This document shows positions 13,059 through 31,000 of a DNA stretch of 64,000 nt, piece after piece. Origin of the DNA: the human T2T-CHM13v2.0 reference genome, Homo sapiens. The notes below the pieces were generated by a model. The model made no database searches. It saw only the letters and a list, made by a program, of their open reading frames with translations, and was not told where the DNA came from. Made by a program: the position numbers and the translations under genes. How positions within the stretch are numbered: the first letter of the stretch is position 1; every line of letters starts with the position of its first letter. The stretch is taken from assembly GCF_009914755.1 (NCBI RefSeq), contig NC_060935.1, one strand, 5' to 3'.

Positions 13059-16000
13059 CTTTCATTTTCTAACGGGATAAATAATCTTTTACATCTTTTT
13101 TGGATCACTTACCAACCAGAAATATAATTGCATATGAGTTTCCACAGTCCTTACATTGATAGGCTAGCCTCTATAACATAAGGTGAAATAGACTCAATGA
13201 ATCATCCCATTTTAGTTTTTAAGCTAAGCTAAGAAATACCATTGTTGAACTGTACTCAATTCAACAAACATGGATATAAATGTAAACAAGAAAATGAGAC
13301 TACTTTCAGTGAGAATGCACACTATAATTCATAAGGTAAGTCTAGCTCAAATACTGAAAAGTCAACCATTTGGGATGAAAGCAAAATGATTTCAAAATAC
13401 AGAGTCTATTGACAATGGCTGAAGACTTTACATTACACTGTGTGAACTACGGTTTATTTACCCTCCGTGGGTTTTTTTTTTAACCCCCATACCAGAAAAG
13501 GATTTTTACACTATAAAGTTGTTTCCTTTTTAAAAAAGGAATTTTAAAAATTAATTTCTAGGTTTTCTAGGATTAAGAAGTTGTAGGACGGGCTAAAGAA
13601 AACATTGTGTCAGATAAGTGTTAGCCATCAGACTGCACTTCAAAGAGTTCATAAATCATAAACATAAATGTCAGATGTGACTATCCCTAAAAACGAGGAA
13701 TGCTCCCTACCCTTCACTCTAACTTCTTCTGCCTTGTACTAAGTTTATTTTGCTGAAGGTCAACCAATACTTCTAATCTTCTTTCCATGGTAAGAGGAAA
13801 AGCAAAATTAGTCTATGAAAATTCAAGTTTTATGTATCCTGGTACCAAATGAAGTCCTGAGAAACCGGCTAATAATGAATTTTACTAAAAATTTTCTGTG
13901 AGGTTTTCTTTCTTTTTTTTTCTTTTTTTCCCCTAGCTGTGAACACTTCCAGAATTCTGGCAATCTGAAAGCATGGATTCTCATCCCAAGACAATGAAAA
14001 CCCACGGTTAAGGAACAGACAACAGTTTTAGCATACTCTCAAACAATCCTTGACTAATAGAAGACTTGATAAATTAACCATTTGTTGTACCAAAACTTTG
14101 CTTATATCTGCAGAAATTCTACCCTAAACTGTACCTTGTTTACATGGTCATCAGTACATTCTCAGGTATTCCTGTTACAAACAAAGCAAATTATATATTC
14201 CTCTAACGTATACCTCCTATCCTTACTAAAATGTTCTTTTTAAAAGCAGGTAGGATACACTGCTATCAGAGATGACTAACACCTCTAGAAGCCTAGCCTT
14301 AACCTCTGTGACTCTGTTACTGTATAAGGAGTTAGTCACCCAATAGATTCATTGAATGAATGCAAATGCAGCCACTAATTTAAAGTTAAACCTCAGGAAA
14401 GTAACACCCATTCAAGGAAGTTTAAACAAATGTCTAATTGTACCATATTTTGGCATTTAGGAAATTGAAGCATTATTCATATCTTCATTTCTACCTATTT
14501 ATTATTATTATCTGTCACCAGCAAATTCAAACATAATTTCCCAAGAACTCATAATTTATCTGAAGACATTTTGTATAATTTCATTTCAAACATTCTAATA
14601 CCAGGAGCCTGGAAAAATACCAGGATAAAAAAAAAGTTTTATTTGTCTTGTGCTCCTTCTCACAGGCAATGAAGGAACACATTACAGTGAGAAAGTTTTC
14701 CAGGGGAAATAATCAATAGTATATCATACAATGTCAGAGCCAGAAGGAGCCATAAAGGCTATCTAAGAAAGACTTTGCATGAAGACCATGTAATTATTTC
14801 ATGCTTTGATGGATTGTCCACTCATCCCACTGAAAACACTTATGAATGAGAGATTTAAAAAATAAAAAGGAAAAAACTATAAGACAAAAATGGGCATGAA
14901 AATAAGATAACTATTTCCCCTGGGCCAGAAAAGCAAAGCTGTGGGCAAGATTGAAGTTAGAAATACACAAAACTCTAGGTTAAGAAGAAGGCAATGGAGA
15001 GTTTGGCTCCTGCAAAGTAAAGGAAACTAAAAGGGCTCACAGTGGGACAGGGATCAGGAGCCAGGTTCATAGCTTGAAACCAGGCACTATAGTGAGATTC
15101 CCGTGTTCATGAAGGAAGGCTGAAAAAATGCTACCAACAGCTGCCAGGAACAAGAACTTATATAGAACTGTTGATAAATAGAAGCAAAAGAAAACAGGCA
15201 AGGATTGCTGGCAAGATGGCCAAATAGGAACAGCTCTGGTCTGCAGCTCCCAGCAAGATCCTCGCAGAAGGCAGATGATTTCTGCATGTCCAACTGAGGT
15301 ACCTGGTTCATCTCATTGGGACTGGTTGGACAGTGGGTGCAGCCCATGGAAGGCGAGCCGAAGCAGGGTGGGGGGTCACCTCACCTGGGAAGCACAAAGG
15401 GTCAGGGAATGTTTCCCCCTACCCAGGGGAAGCCATGAGGGACTGAGCCTGAAGAACTCTGGAACAGATACTGTGCTTGTCGCATGGTTTTCGCAAACTG
15501 CAGACCAGGAGATTCCCTCCAGTGCCTACCCCACCAGAGCCCTGGGTTTCAAGTACAAACCTGGGTGGCCATTTGGGCAAACACCAAACTAGCTGCAGGA
15601 ATTCTTTTTTTCCATACCCCAGTGGCACCGGGAATACCAGTGAGACAGAACGATTCACTTCCCCTGGAAAGGGGTGCTGAAGCCAGGGAGCCAAGTGGTA
15701 TGGGTCTGCGGGTCCCACCCCCACGGAGCCCAGCAAACTAAGATCCACTGGCTTGAAATTCTCACTGCCAGCACAGCAGCAGTCTGAGATCGACCTGGGA
15801 CGCTCGAGCTTGGTGTGGGGAGAGACGTCCGCCATTGCTGAGGCTTGAGTAGGGTGGTTTTATGCTCACAGTATAAACAAAGCCTCTGGGAAGTTCGAAC
15901 TGGGTGGAGCCCACTGCAGCTCAGCAAGGCTGCTGTGGCCAGACTGCCAGATTTCCCTTCTCTGGACAGGGTATCTCTGAAAAAAAGGCAGCAGCCCCAG

Positions 16001-16515
16001 TCAGGGGCTTACAGATAAAACCCCCATCTCCCTGGGACAGAGCACTTGGGGAAAGGGGCAGCTGTGGGCACAGCTTCAGCAGACTTAAACATCCCTGCCT
16101 GGTGGCTCTGAAGAGAGTAGTGGACCTCCCAGCACTGTGTTCGAGCTCTGTGAAGGGTCAGACTGCCTCCTCAAGTGGGTCCCTGACCCCTGTTCCTCCT
16201 GACTGGGAGACACCTCCCAGTAGGGGCCAACAGACACCTCATACAGGAGAGCTCTGACTGGCATCTGGCAGGTGCCTGTCTGGGACGAAGCTTTCAGAGG
16301 AAAGATCGGCAGCAATCTTTGATGTTCTGCAGCCTCTGCTGATGATACCCAGGCAAACAGGGTCAGGAGTGGACCTCCAGCAAACTTCAGCAGACCTGCA
16401 GCAGAGGGGCCTGTCAGAAGGAAAACTAACAAACAGAAAGGAATAGCATGTGCACTCAAACACACCAATGGAAGGTCACCAACATCAAAGACCAAAGGTA
16501 CACAAATCCACAAAG

Positions 16516-17539
16516 ATGGGGAGAAAGCAGTGCAAAAAGGCTGAAAATTCCAAAAGCCAAAATGCCTCTTCTCCTCCAAAGGATCACAATTCCTCACCAG
16601 CAAGGGAACAAAACTGGATGGAGAACGAGTTTGACAAATTGACAGAAATAGGCTTCAGAAGGTGGGTAATAACCAACACCTCCAAGCTAAAGGAGCATGT
16701 TCTAACCCAATGCAAGGAAGCTAAGAACCTTGAAAAAACGTTAGACGAATTGCTAACTAGAATAACCAGTGTAGAGGAGAACATAAATGACCCGATGGAG
16801 CTGAAATACACAGCACGAGAACTTCATGAAGCATACACCGTTTCAATAGCCAAATCGATCAAGAGGAAGAAAGGATACCAGTGATTGAAGATAAACTTAA
16901 TGAAATAAAGAAAGAAGACAAGATTACAGAAAAAAGAATAAAAAGGACGAACAAAGCTTCCAAGAAATATGAGACTATGTGAAAAGACCAAATCTACATC
17001 TGATTGGTGTATCTGAAAGGGACAAGGAGAATGGAACCCAGTTGGAAAACACACTTCAGCGTATTATCCAGGAGAACTTCCCCAACCTAGCAAGACAGGC
17101 CAATATTCAAATTCAGGAAATACATAGAACACCACAAAGATACTCCTCAAGAAGAGCAACCCTAAGACACATAATCGTCAGATTCACCAAGGCTGAAATG
17201 AAGGAAAAAATGTTAAGGGTAGCCAGAGAGAAAGGTCAGGTTACCCACAAAGGGAAGCCCATCAGACTAACAGTGGATGTCTCGGCAGAAACCCTACAAG
17301 CCAGAAGAGAGTGGGGGCCAATAGTCAACATTCTTAAAGAAAAGAATTTTCAACCCAGAATTTCATATCCAGCCTAACTAAGCTTCATAAGCAAAGGAGA
17401 AATAAAATCCTTTACAGACAAGCAAATGCTGAGGGATTTTGTCACCACCAGGCCTGCCTTTGAAGGGCTCCTGAAGGAAGCACTAAACATGGAAAGGAAC
17501 AACCGGTACCAGCCACTGCAAAAACATGCCAAATTGTAA
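16516..17539 (+). pseudogene. L1 ORF1p remnant (frameshifted, with stop)
   Basis: ORF-track fragments 16450-16884 and 16979-17377 (KRPNLHLIGV...IIQENFPNLARQANIQIQEI...). Confidence 0.9.
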
Positions 17540-17602
17540 AGAACATCAACACTATGAAGAAACTGCATCAACTAATGGTCAAAACAACCAGCTAGCATCA
17601 TA

Positions 17603-21468
<3,866 letters not shown>

Positions 21469-22024
21469 ACAATGAGAACTCATGGACATAGGGAGGGGAA
21501 TATCACACACCAGGGCCTGTTGGGGGTTGGGGGCTAGAGGGTGGATAACATTAGGAGAAATACCTAACATAGGTGACGGGTTGTTGGGTGCAACAAACCA
21601 CCATGGCACATTACACCTATGTAACAAAACTGCGCGTTCTGCACATGTATCCCAGAACTTAAAGTATAATAAAAAAAAAAGAAAGAAAGAAAATAGATAT
21701 GCTCTTAAATTGAATAAAAAACAATTTGAACTTCCCCTCTGGTTCAGTGGTAGGTCTGCCATATCCCCAATATCATCATGTTCAAGATCCCTGAAGCATT
21801 TATAAGACCTGGTTCTACATTAAAGACTTAGGAGCTGAAAAGGAACAAGTGCAAAATCATCAGACAGAGAAGGATAAGCACAGAGAAAATGAGCGGAATG
21901 AAAAAAAACAAAAACCCCTACCTCTCAAAATGAGGCTTTAAACCAATATTCCAGCAATTGAAATACAAAATCATTTCACATGAAATCATTGAGAACAGTC
22001 TTACAAGGACCTTTATGAGGTACC

Positions 22025-22386
22025 TGCATTAGTCCATTTTCACACTGCTGATAAAGACATACTCAAGACTGGGTAATTTATAAAGAAAAAGAGGATTAAT
22101 GGACTGATAGTTCCATGTGGCTTGGGAGGCCTCACAATCATGGCAGAAGGCTAAAGCCATGTCTTACATGGTGACAGACACGAGAGAATAAGAACCAAGT
22201 GAAAGGGGTTTCCCCTTATAAAACCATCAGATCTCGTGAGACTTATTCACTACCACGAGAACAGTATGGAAGAAACTGCCCCCATGATTCAGTTAACTCC
22301 CACCAGGTCCCTCGCACAACACATGGGAATTATGGGAACTACAATTCAAGATGAGATTTGGGTGGGGGCACAGGCAAACCATATCA
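22025..22386 (-). mobile_element. THE1B-type solo LTR
   Basis: tgcattagtccattttcacactgctgataaagac...aaaccatatca with perfect 5-bp TSD gtacc (22020-22024, 22387-22391). Confidence 0.9.
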
Positions 22387-22435
22387 GTACCCCAAATAAA
22401 TGAAGAAATAATTTCTTCTTTAAAAATATGCCATT

Positions 22436-22720
22436 ATGTGCATGTTCTCGCTTGTGAGTGGGAGCTGATCAATGAGAACACATGGTGGGGGAACAACACA
22501 CACTGAACACCTGTGCGGTGGGTGGTGGAGGGAGGGTGGGGTAGGGTGGGGTTGGGGGGGCGGAGAGAGAGCATCAGGAAGAATAACTAATGGATGCTGA
22601 GCTTAATACCTGGATGATCTGTACAGTAAACCACCATGGCACACAAAATTTACCTATGTAACAAACCTGCACATCTTGCATATATACTCCTGAAGTTAAA
22701 AAAAAGTTGAGAAAAAAAAA
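22436..22720 (+). mobile_element. Older L1PA (approximately L1PA12-13) 3' end with G-rich tract
   Basis: catgttctcgcttgtgagtgggagctg...gagagcatcaggaagaataactaatggatgctg...aacaaacctgcacatc. Confidence 0.75.
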
Positions 22721-22879
22721 GTTATTATGAAAACACAAGGTGAACTAAAATTAGATTCCTTTATATATTTTTGGTTTAAAGTTTTATCAGTTTTTATACA
22801 GTTAACAAAATTAACAATTGGAACACACATTTGGTACAGATGAAGTTAATTATACATAAAACTCTTTATAAAGACTTCA

Positions 22880-23538
<659 letters not shown>

Positions 23539-24220
23539 CTATCCAAAGAGAAATTTAAAAATCATTTCTAATTTTAAAAGAATAAGAAATTACAAAAACA
23601 CACAGAACTGAAAAAAAACTGGTATAAGAACATATATACATACATACATATATACACACATCTCTAAAAAGAACCAAAAATCCTAGAAAGAATATGATCA
23701 CTAACAAAGCAATGGATAAGATAAAACCCTCAAATAGACACAGTTAAATAGACAATTGGTGAGTTGGAAGTTCAAACTGGTTAATTCATCCAGAACATAG
23801 CACAAAGAGCAAAGAATTAAAAATATGTGAAAAAACCAAGAGACATGGAAAATAGATTAAGAGGATCCAAGATACAACAATTAAAACTTTAAAAAGAGAT
23901 AGATACAAATAATGTTGAAGAAGCAATATTTACAGAAATGACTAAATTCTTTCCAGAATTGAAGAAAAGCAAGAGACCCAGGTTAACAAATAACAAATGA
24001 CTCTGGGTACCAGCAAGGCAAATAAAACATCTAGATTCATAAATGATACATTGGTCTCATTCCACAAAGAATCTAAATCACTTATCAGATTATATATAAA
24101 ACAATAACTAAATATGTAAAAAAACAGAGTCACAGAAAATTACATGAAGTAATAGATCAAGACCAGGTAGAAAGTTAGAATGCACATACATGGGCTTGAA
24201 TTTTCAACTGAATTTCCAGG

Positions 24221-24304
24221 TGGCGAAAGTAAAAAGGGAAACTTATCAGTCACAAGAACTTCTGGCAAAAGTAAAAAAGGAAACTTATCAGTAACAAGAA
24301 TTTC
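24221..24304. repeat. 42-bp tandem duplication
   Basis: tggcgaaagtaaaaagggaaacttatcagtcacaagaacttc followed by tggcaaaagtaaaaaaggaaacttatcagtaacaagaatttc. Confidence 0.9.
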
Positions 24305-24590
24305 ATTGTCCCAAGAAGAAAATATAGGGTAAACAAAGATGTTCCTAGCCTTCATATAATGGTCTATTAATGACATGGAAAGCAATCTCCAGAACAATAT
24401 CCCTATAAGTGTAGTCTATTTCATAAGGCTATTTCTAACAAGCCTCTTATATGGCATAGGCCCTGTCTGCTCCTCAGCTTCATCTCATACCACTCTGTTT
24501 TACTGATAACATTCCAGCACTAAACAGCCTATATATCCCAACCTTCTCTTGACATCCCTAGAACCTAGCATCACGCCAGTCGTAAAGTAG

Positions 24591-24964
<374 letters not shown>

Positions 24965-25601
24965 TGAATGGTGACCTTAGAGCGTCACCATTCACTTAAT
25001 AACTAACCAACACCTCAGTGGTTAGTTAAGTGAGGTTTAAGCATACCTCAGTAAAAGCAGTCTGCTGGAAGTGAAATAATGTGGTCTGAAAACTAAGAAT
25101 TTAGTTTGATTCAGAAGTAAAACCTAGAACAATTAAAGCAGAAGTTGCAAACTGGCATCCTTCAGATGGGAAGGGCCTTTACACATGTTTTATTTGTCCA
25201 ATTCCACAAGCAATTGGAAACATTAAACAAAATCTTTTAAGGAGAAAAATGTTTTCCATAAATGCCTCCTACAATATTACTAAAAGATGGTCTACCAATT
25301 ATTTTACAAGAACACTTTTGGAAGACACAGTCTCTTCCATTCTGGAGCTGCTCTAACTAGCTAATACCTTCTGTCATCCTGATCTCTCTACTCCCTCTTC
25401 CTAGTTTTGCACTTCAGAGTTACAAAAACTAGTCAAATTCAATTCACGTGCATACACATGAAATCTATAATGGAGGCTGTTGAAAATAATGCAGCTTCTT
25501 TGACCATTTTCCCAAAAAGCATGATTTCCAACCCCACCACCAACTTTGGTCATCTTTTGGATGCACCTCAGACTGCCAATGTCTCTCTTAAAATGTGTCC
25601 A

Positions 25602-26051
<450 letters not shown>

Positions 26052-26572
26052 TTAATCTATGTAAAGTGCTTAGAACAGTGCCTGACACATGATCTTAATA
26101 TATGTTCTTTAACCCAAAATACAGAGAAAGAGTCCACAGCATAAACTGATATAGAGAGGTTAAGACAGAGGTGCCTATAAAAAATCTTATTTTTTGATCA
26201 GCGGTCAGGGCAGGGGACTCAAACTCAACCAGTGGGACCAGGTAAACAACAAATGAGTGAAGACATACGCAGACCACTATGTCCTGTATAAAAGGAGCCA
26301 AAATAAAAACGGGCATGTTCACACACAAAAGGTTCAAAATCACAGATCTAGTATGAATTCTCCCCTCTCTCCACTCTGTTTTATCCTGGCCTAACCACTA
26401 AATTAATTAATAGAAACAGAAGGTTTGGGGAGGAAAATAATGGGGATCAGCATCAACAATGATTTCCTCTCAACACCTTTACGAGATGTGCTACCGAATA
26501 GCCATGAAAAAGTGAAACTTACTAGCAAATCTATGTCCCCAAGAGTACTAACATTTAATTATAGCCACCATT

Positions 26573-26655
26573 TCTTTAATGAAGTTTAAAAACTTAATTA
26601 AATTTTTAATGAAGTTTTTTAAAACTTCCTTTAATGAAGTTTTTAAAAACTTAAA
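26573..26655. repeat. Three imperfect ~30-bp copies of tttaatgaagttt(n)aaaaactt
   Basis: Read directly at 26573-26655. Each unit contains the quasi-palindrome aagttt..aaactt. Confidence 0.7.
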
Positions 26656-28049
26656 AATCAAACTGTACCAACTATTTCAGGAGAGGACTCCATCTGCTCT
26701 TCCTTCTATATGAATTTCTAAACACTGTTATAAGATAAGGAAAAATGAAATAAAAATAAACAGTAAGATTTTAAAAAGTAATTTACAAAACAGGACACAG
26801 AAAATAATACTCAATTTTGCCCTGGTGGACGTCCTATTGTGATAGTTATCCTGTCTCCTTATTTGTTCTATAGGACAAGATTGGCAGAAAGAAAAGCTCC
26901 AAATATATTCACCATTAATCTCTAATAGCATTAGACAGAAAAGTAACCACACACCGCTAAATTAAGCTACATTTTTAAGTTTCTATGCAGATGAAATTCA
27001 CCAAAAAAGAACCCCCACCACATGCACATAACACTAACTTCTTGTATAGTATGCCCAAGTCTTCATAATTTTATTTCTTAAAAGAGTAAAAATAGCAAAA
27101 AATTTTAGGTGCAACAGTATAAATACCACAGGGTATTTGCCAACATGTCTGTGTTTACTCTGTGTTTGTCTTTAAGCAAGGAGCCGCCCTTAAAGTCCAC
27201 AATGTTTTCCTGCTCCTTCTCTCCAGCCACAGTAACCTTCTGTATCCTTCCTTCACTAGCAGCATTCTGCCAAAGACTACAGGAAGTACTTTAATACACA
27301 GCACTTGCCTGTAGCAATTTCAGTTTGAGTACTGCAAATGATTTTACCAACACCTCAGTGGTTAGCTAATTGCAGTCAGAAGCTAGACTTGATTGTTCCC
27401 TAATATTTAATGTTGCTCAGTTATTCTTACATGACTTCTGTTTTCACAGATACATTTGTCATTTGTAGAAACAGATATGCAATACATCTGTTACTTCTGG
27501 AGAATTACAAAGTGAACTTCACAAACCATACTTAAAAATAAAACATTAATACTCTTGTAGGAAACTGAAACTACCAAGCAACTTGAAAAAGTTCACTGCT
27601 TGAATTCCTCCAATTATATAAGCAAGGTTTTGCAATATTATTTTCTTTCTTTCTTCTAACATCGCCCTAAAGAGGTAATACAAGTTTACTTTGCATGTGC
27701 TTGAGATAAAATTTTCCAAATTGCTGTCATACGATCAATCCCACTTGAATTAATTTCCTTCACAATATTTTTCTTTTAGGATGGCTCACCTGTATGCTCT
27801 GTAAACCTCACAAACGCTCAGTCTTTTTAGTCAATCAATCCTTTGCACAGAGGATAACAATATACATTCCTCGTAATAATTCTATAAAATTATTCTTTTT
27901 CTATAAAAGTCATTCTTTTCCAGTTGGCCATAATGCCATATAAGTGGCTTTGAAGAGAAAGAAGTTAATATATTTAACTGGAAGACCACATAAAATCAAA
28001 TAATAAAAACTGTACATGTGCAAGGATTTTTTTTTCTTTTTTGAGCATT

Positions 28050-31000
28050 GCTGTAACCACAGTACCTAGAAGACTTGTTAAGATATCAGTTCCCCCTAAA
28101 TTGACTTAAAGATTCAAACCAAGTCCAATCAAAATATCAGGCAGCATATGGGAGAAATTAACAAACTGATTCTAAAATTTATAAGAAAATATAAAGGGCA
28201 ATAATAGTATAAGATCTTAAACGAACAGATATCAAGATTTATTGTTATAAAGACAAAGTACTTAAAACAGTGTGATATCGGGAAAAAAATATTTCAAAGA
28301 TAGGTCAGTTGACTAGAATAAAAAGTCCAGAAACAGACTTACATACACAGTTAACTAATGTGCCACAAAATATCACTTCAATACAGTGCTGGAGTGCAGT
28401 CAGGGGGAATAAACTTTTCAATCCATATAGAAAAATAAACTTTTCTATATGGATTTTCAGTTGAGGAAGCACAAAATATGCTTGCAAGACTACATAATAT
28501 CATAGAATAAAACTCTGTATGTGCAAGGACTTATGTGTGCAAGTATAAAATATGTGCAAGCATATGTGCAAGCATAAAATATGCTTCAACTGAATATCCA
28601 CATAGAAAATGAAATCCTCACCCCAATACAATATCACATACGAAAATTTACTTCAGAAAGACCATAGAACTAAATGTGAAATATTAAACAATAAAAATTC
28701 CAGAACATTGCATAACACACCTCAAGGTGGACTTTAGGATAGCAATATACCCTTAAGTAGGACATAAAGAGAGCACTGAATATAAAAGAAAAAAAATATA
28801 TTTCCTTAAAATTAAAAACTTGTTTTCATCAAAAGAAACCATTAACAGATAAAAAGCTATCAAACAAAACATTTCCACATGAGATTACAGAGATATCTGT
28901 AATACATACATCTGACAAAGGAGTCAAATTTGGAACGTATAAAGAGATAGTAAAACTGGCCAGGCACAGTGGCTCATGCCTGTAATCCCAGCACTTTGGG
29001 AGGCTGAGGTAGGAGGATCACTTGAGCTCAGGAGTTCGAGGCTGTAGTGAACTAGGATCACGCCACTGCACTCCAGCCTAGGCGACAGAGTGAGACCCTG
29101 TCCCAAGGATGGACGGACAGACAGTGGGGAGGGAGGGAGGCAGGGAAAGAAAGACCATAAATCAATAAGAGAAAAGCCAACAAGAGACTTTAACAGGCAC
29201 TTAATAACACAAAATATTTAGATGCCCAATCAAGATATGAAAAGTTCCTCTAATTCATTAATCATCAGGAAAGTGCAAATCAAACCCACAATTCTTTACC
29301 ATCATATATTCACCAGAAAGGCTAAAATGAAAACCACAGACAAAACCAAGTATAGGTGAGGATTTAAAGCAATAACAACTCTCATTCACTGCTCACAGGA
29401 TTGTAAATTGCAATAATCACCTGAGAAAACCATTTCATGATATTTCCTAAAGCTGAACAACACATAACCTATGACACAACAATTCCATTCCTTAGGTAAA
29501 TACCCAATAGAACACATTCATATAGTCACCAAAAGATACATATAAGAATGTTCACAGTGGCACCATTCATAATGATTGATTATAGCCACTACAATTGTTA
29601 TTATCAGAAACAACAGACAATGACAGGTATTTGCTAGGACATTACTAGAACTAGAACCTTCATGCATTGCAAAACGAGAATGCAAACACAATGCAAAGCA
29701 GAAATGCAAAATGATACAGTCAATTTGGAAAACAGTTTGATCATTTGTTAAAAAGTTAAACATGGTGGGAGGCCAAGGAGGACGGATCACTTGAGGTCAG
29801 GAGTTCGAGACCAGCCTGACCAACATAGCAAAACCCATCTCTACTAAAAATACAAAAATTAGCTGGGAGTGGTGGTGCGTGCCTGTAATCCCAGCTACTC
29901 AGGAGACTGACGCATGAGAATTTCTTGAACCCAGGGGGCAGAGTTTGCAGTGAGCCAAGATCATACCACTGACAAGACTGTCTCAAAAGAAAAAAAAAAA
30001 TCAACAAAGAAAAAATCATTAAACACGGGGGCCAGGCATGGTGGCTCACGCCTGTAATCCCATCACAATGGGAGGCCAACGCAGTCGGATCGCTTGAGTC
30101 CAGGAGTTCGAGACCAGCCTGGGCAACGTGGCAAAACCTCATCTCTACTAAAAACACAAAAATTAGCCAGGCATGGTGGTGCACACCTGTAGTCCCAGCT
30201 ACTTGGGAGTCTGACATAGGAGAATCACCTGAGCCCCCGGGAGGTCGAGGCTGCAGTGAGCCATGATCATACCACTTTATTCCAGCCTGGGCAACAGAGT
30301 GAGAACCCATCTCAAAAACAAACAAAAAAATGTTAAACATAAAATCACCAAATGATGTGAAAATTCTACTCTTAGTACATACCCAAGAAATATGAAAACA
30401 TGTCTAAATAAAGACTAATATGGTTATTAGGCAGCATTATACCTAATAACCAAATTTGAAACATGGGAAAATGGGAAGCAATCTAATGTTCACCAGTTGG
30501 TGAATGGATAAACAAAATGTTATATATCTGTGCCAAGAAACACTACTCACCAATAAAAAGGAATAAATTAATGATGCATAGTAAAACATGTAAGAACCTC
30601 AAAAATATCTGCTAAGCGAAAGAAGACAGACAAGAAAGGAGACATACCATATGATTACATTTGTATGATACGTCCAGAAGAGGCAATTTTAGAGAGACAT
30701 AAAGCTGATGGTTACTTTGGGCTCAGGATAAAAGTAGAGACTGACTTCAAACAGCCACAGGAGATGAACTGGAATAATGGCAATGTTCTAAAACTGAATT
30801 GTGCTGATTATGGCATAACTTTGTATGTTTGCTAAAAATCATTTAATTACATACTTAAGATTGATGAATCATTAATGGTATGTAAATTAAAAGTATACAT
30901 AAAAGTATTTTTTAAAGTAACCAGCAAGGGATAGCAGGTGGGAAGCTATAAATGAACAAATTTTGTAATGTATTGATACTACTAGAAGCTGGGTGATAGC

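Noticed and set aside
13100-13360. Strong minus-strand donor TTG|GTAAGT at ~13110
   Set aside because: No convincing upstream polypyrimidine tract and acceptor, and no FCHSD2-like reading frame; isolated donors are common.
22515-22562. G-quadruplex-like G tracts (also 3722-3755)
   Set aside because: These are the standard polypurine tract of L1 3'UTRs, not a locus-specific element.
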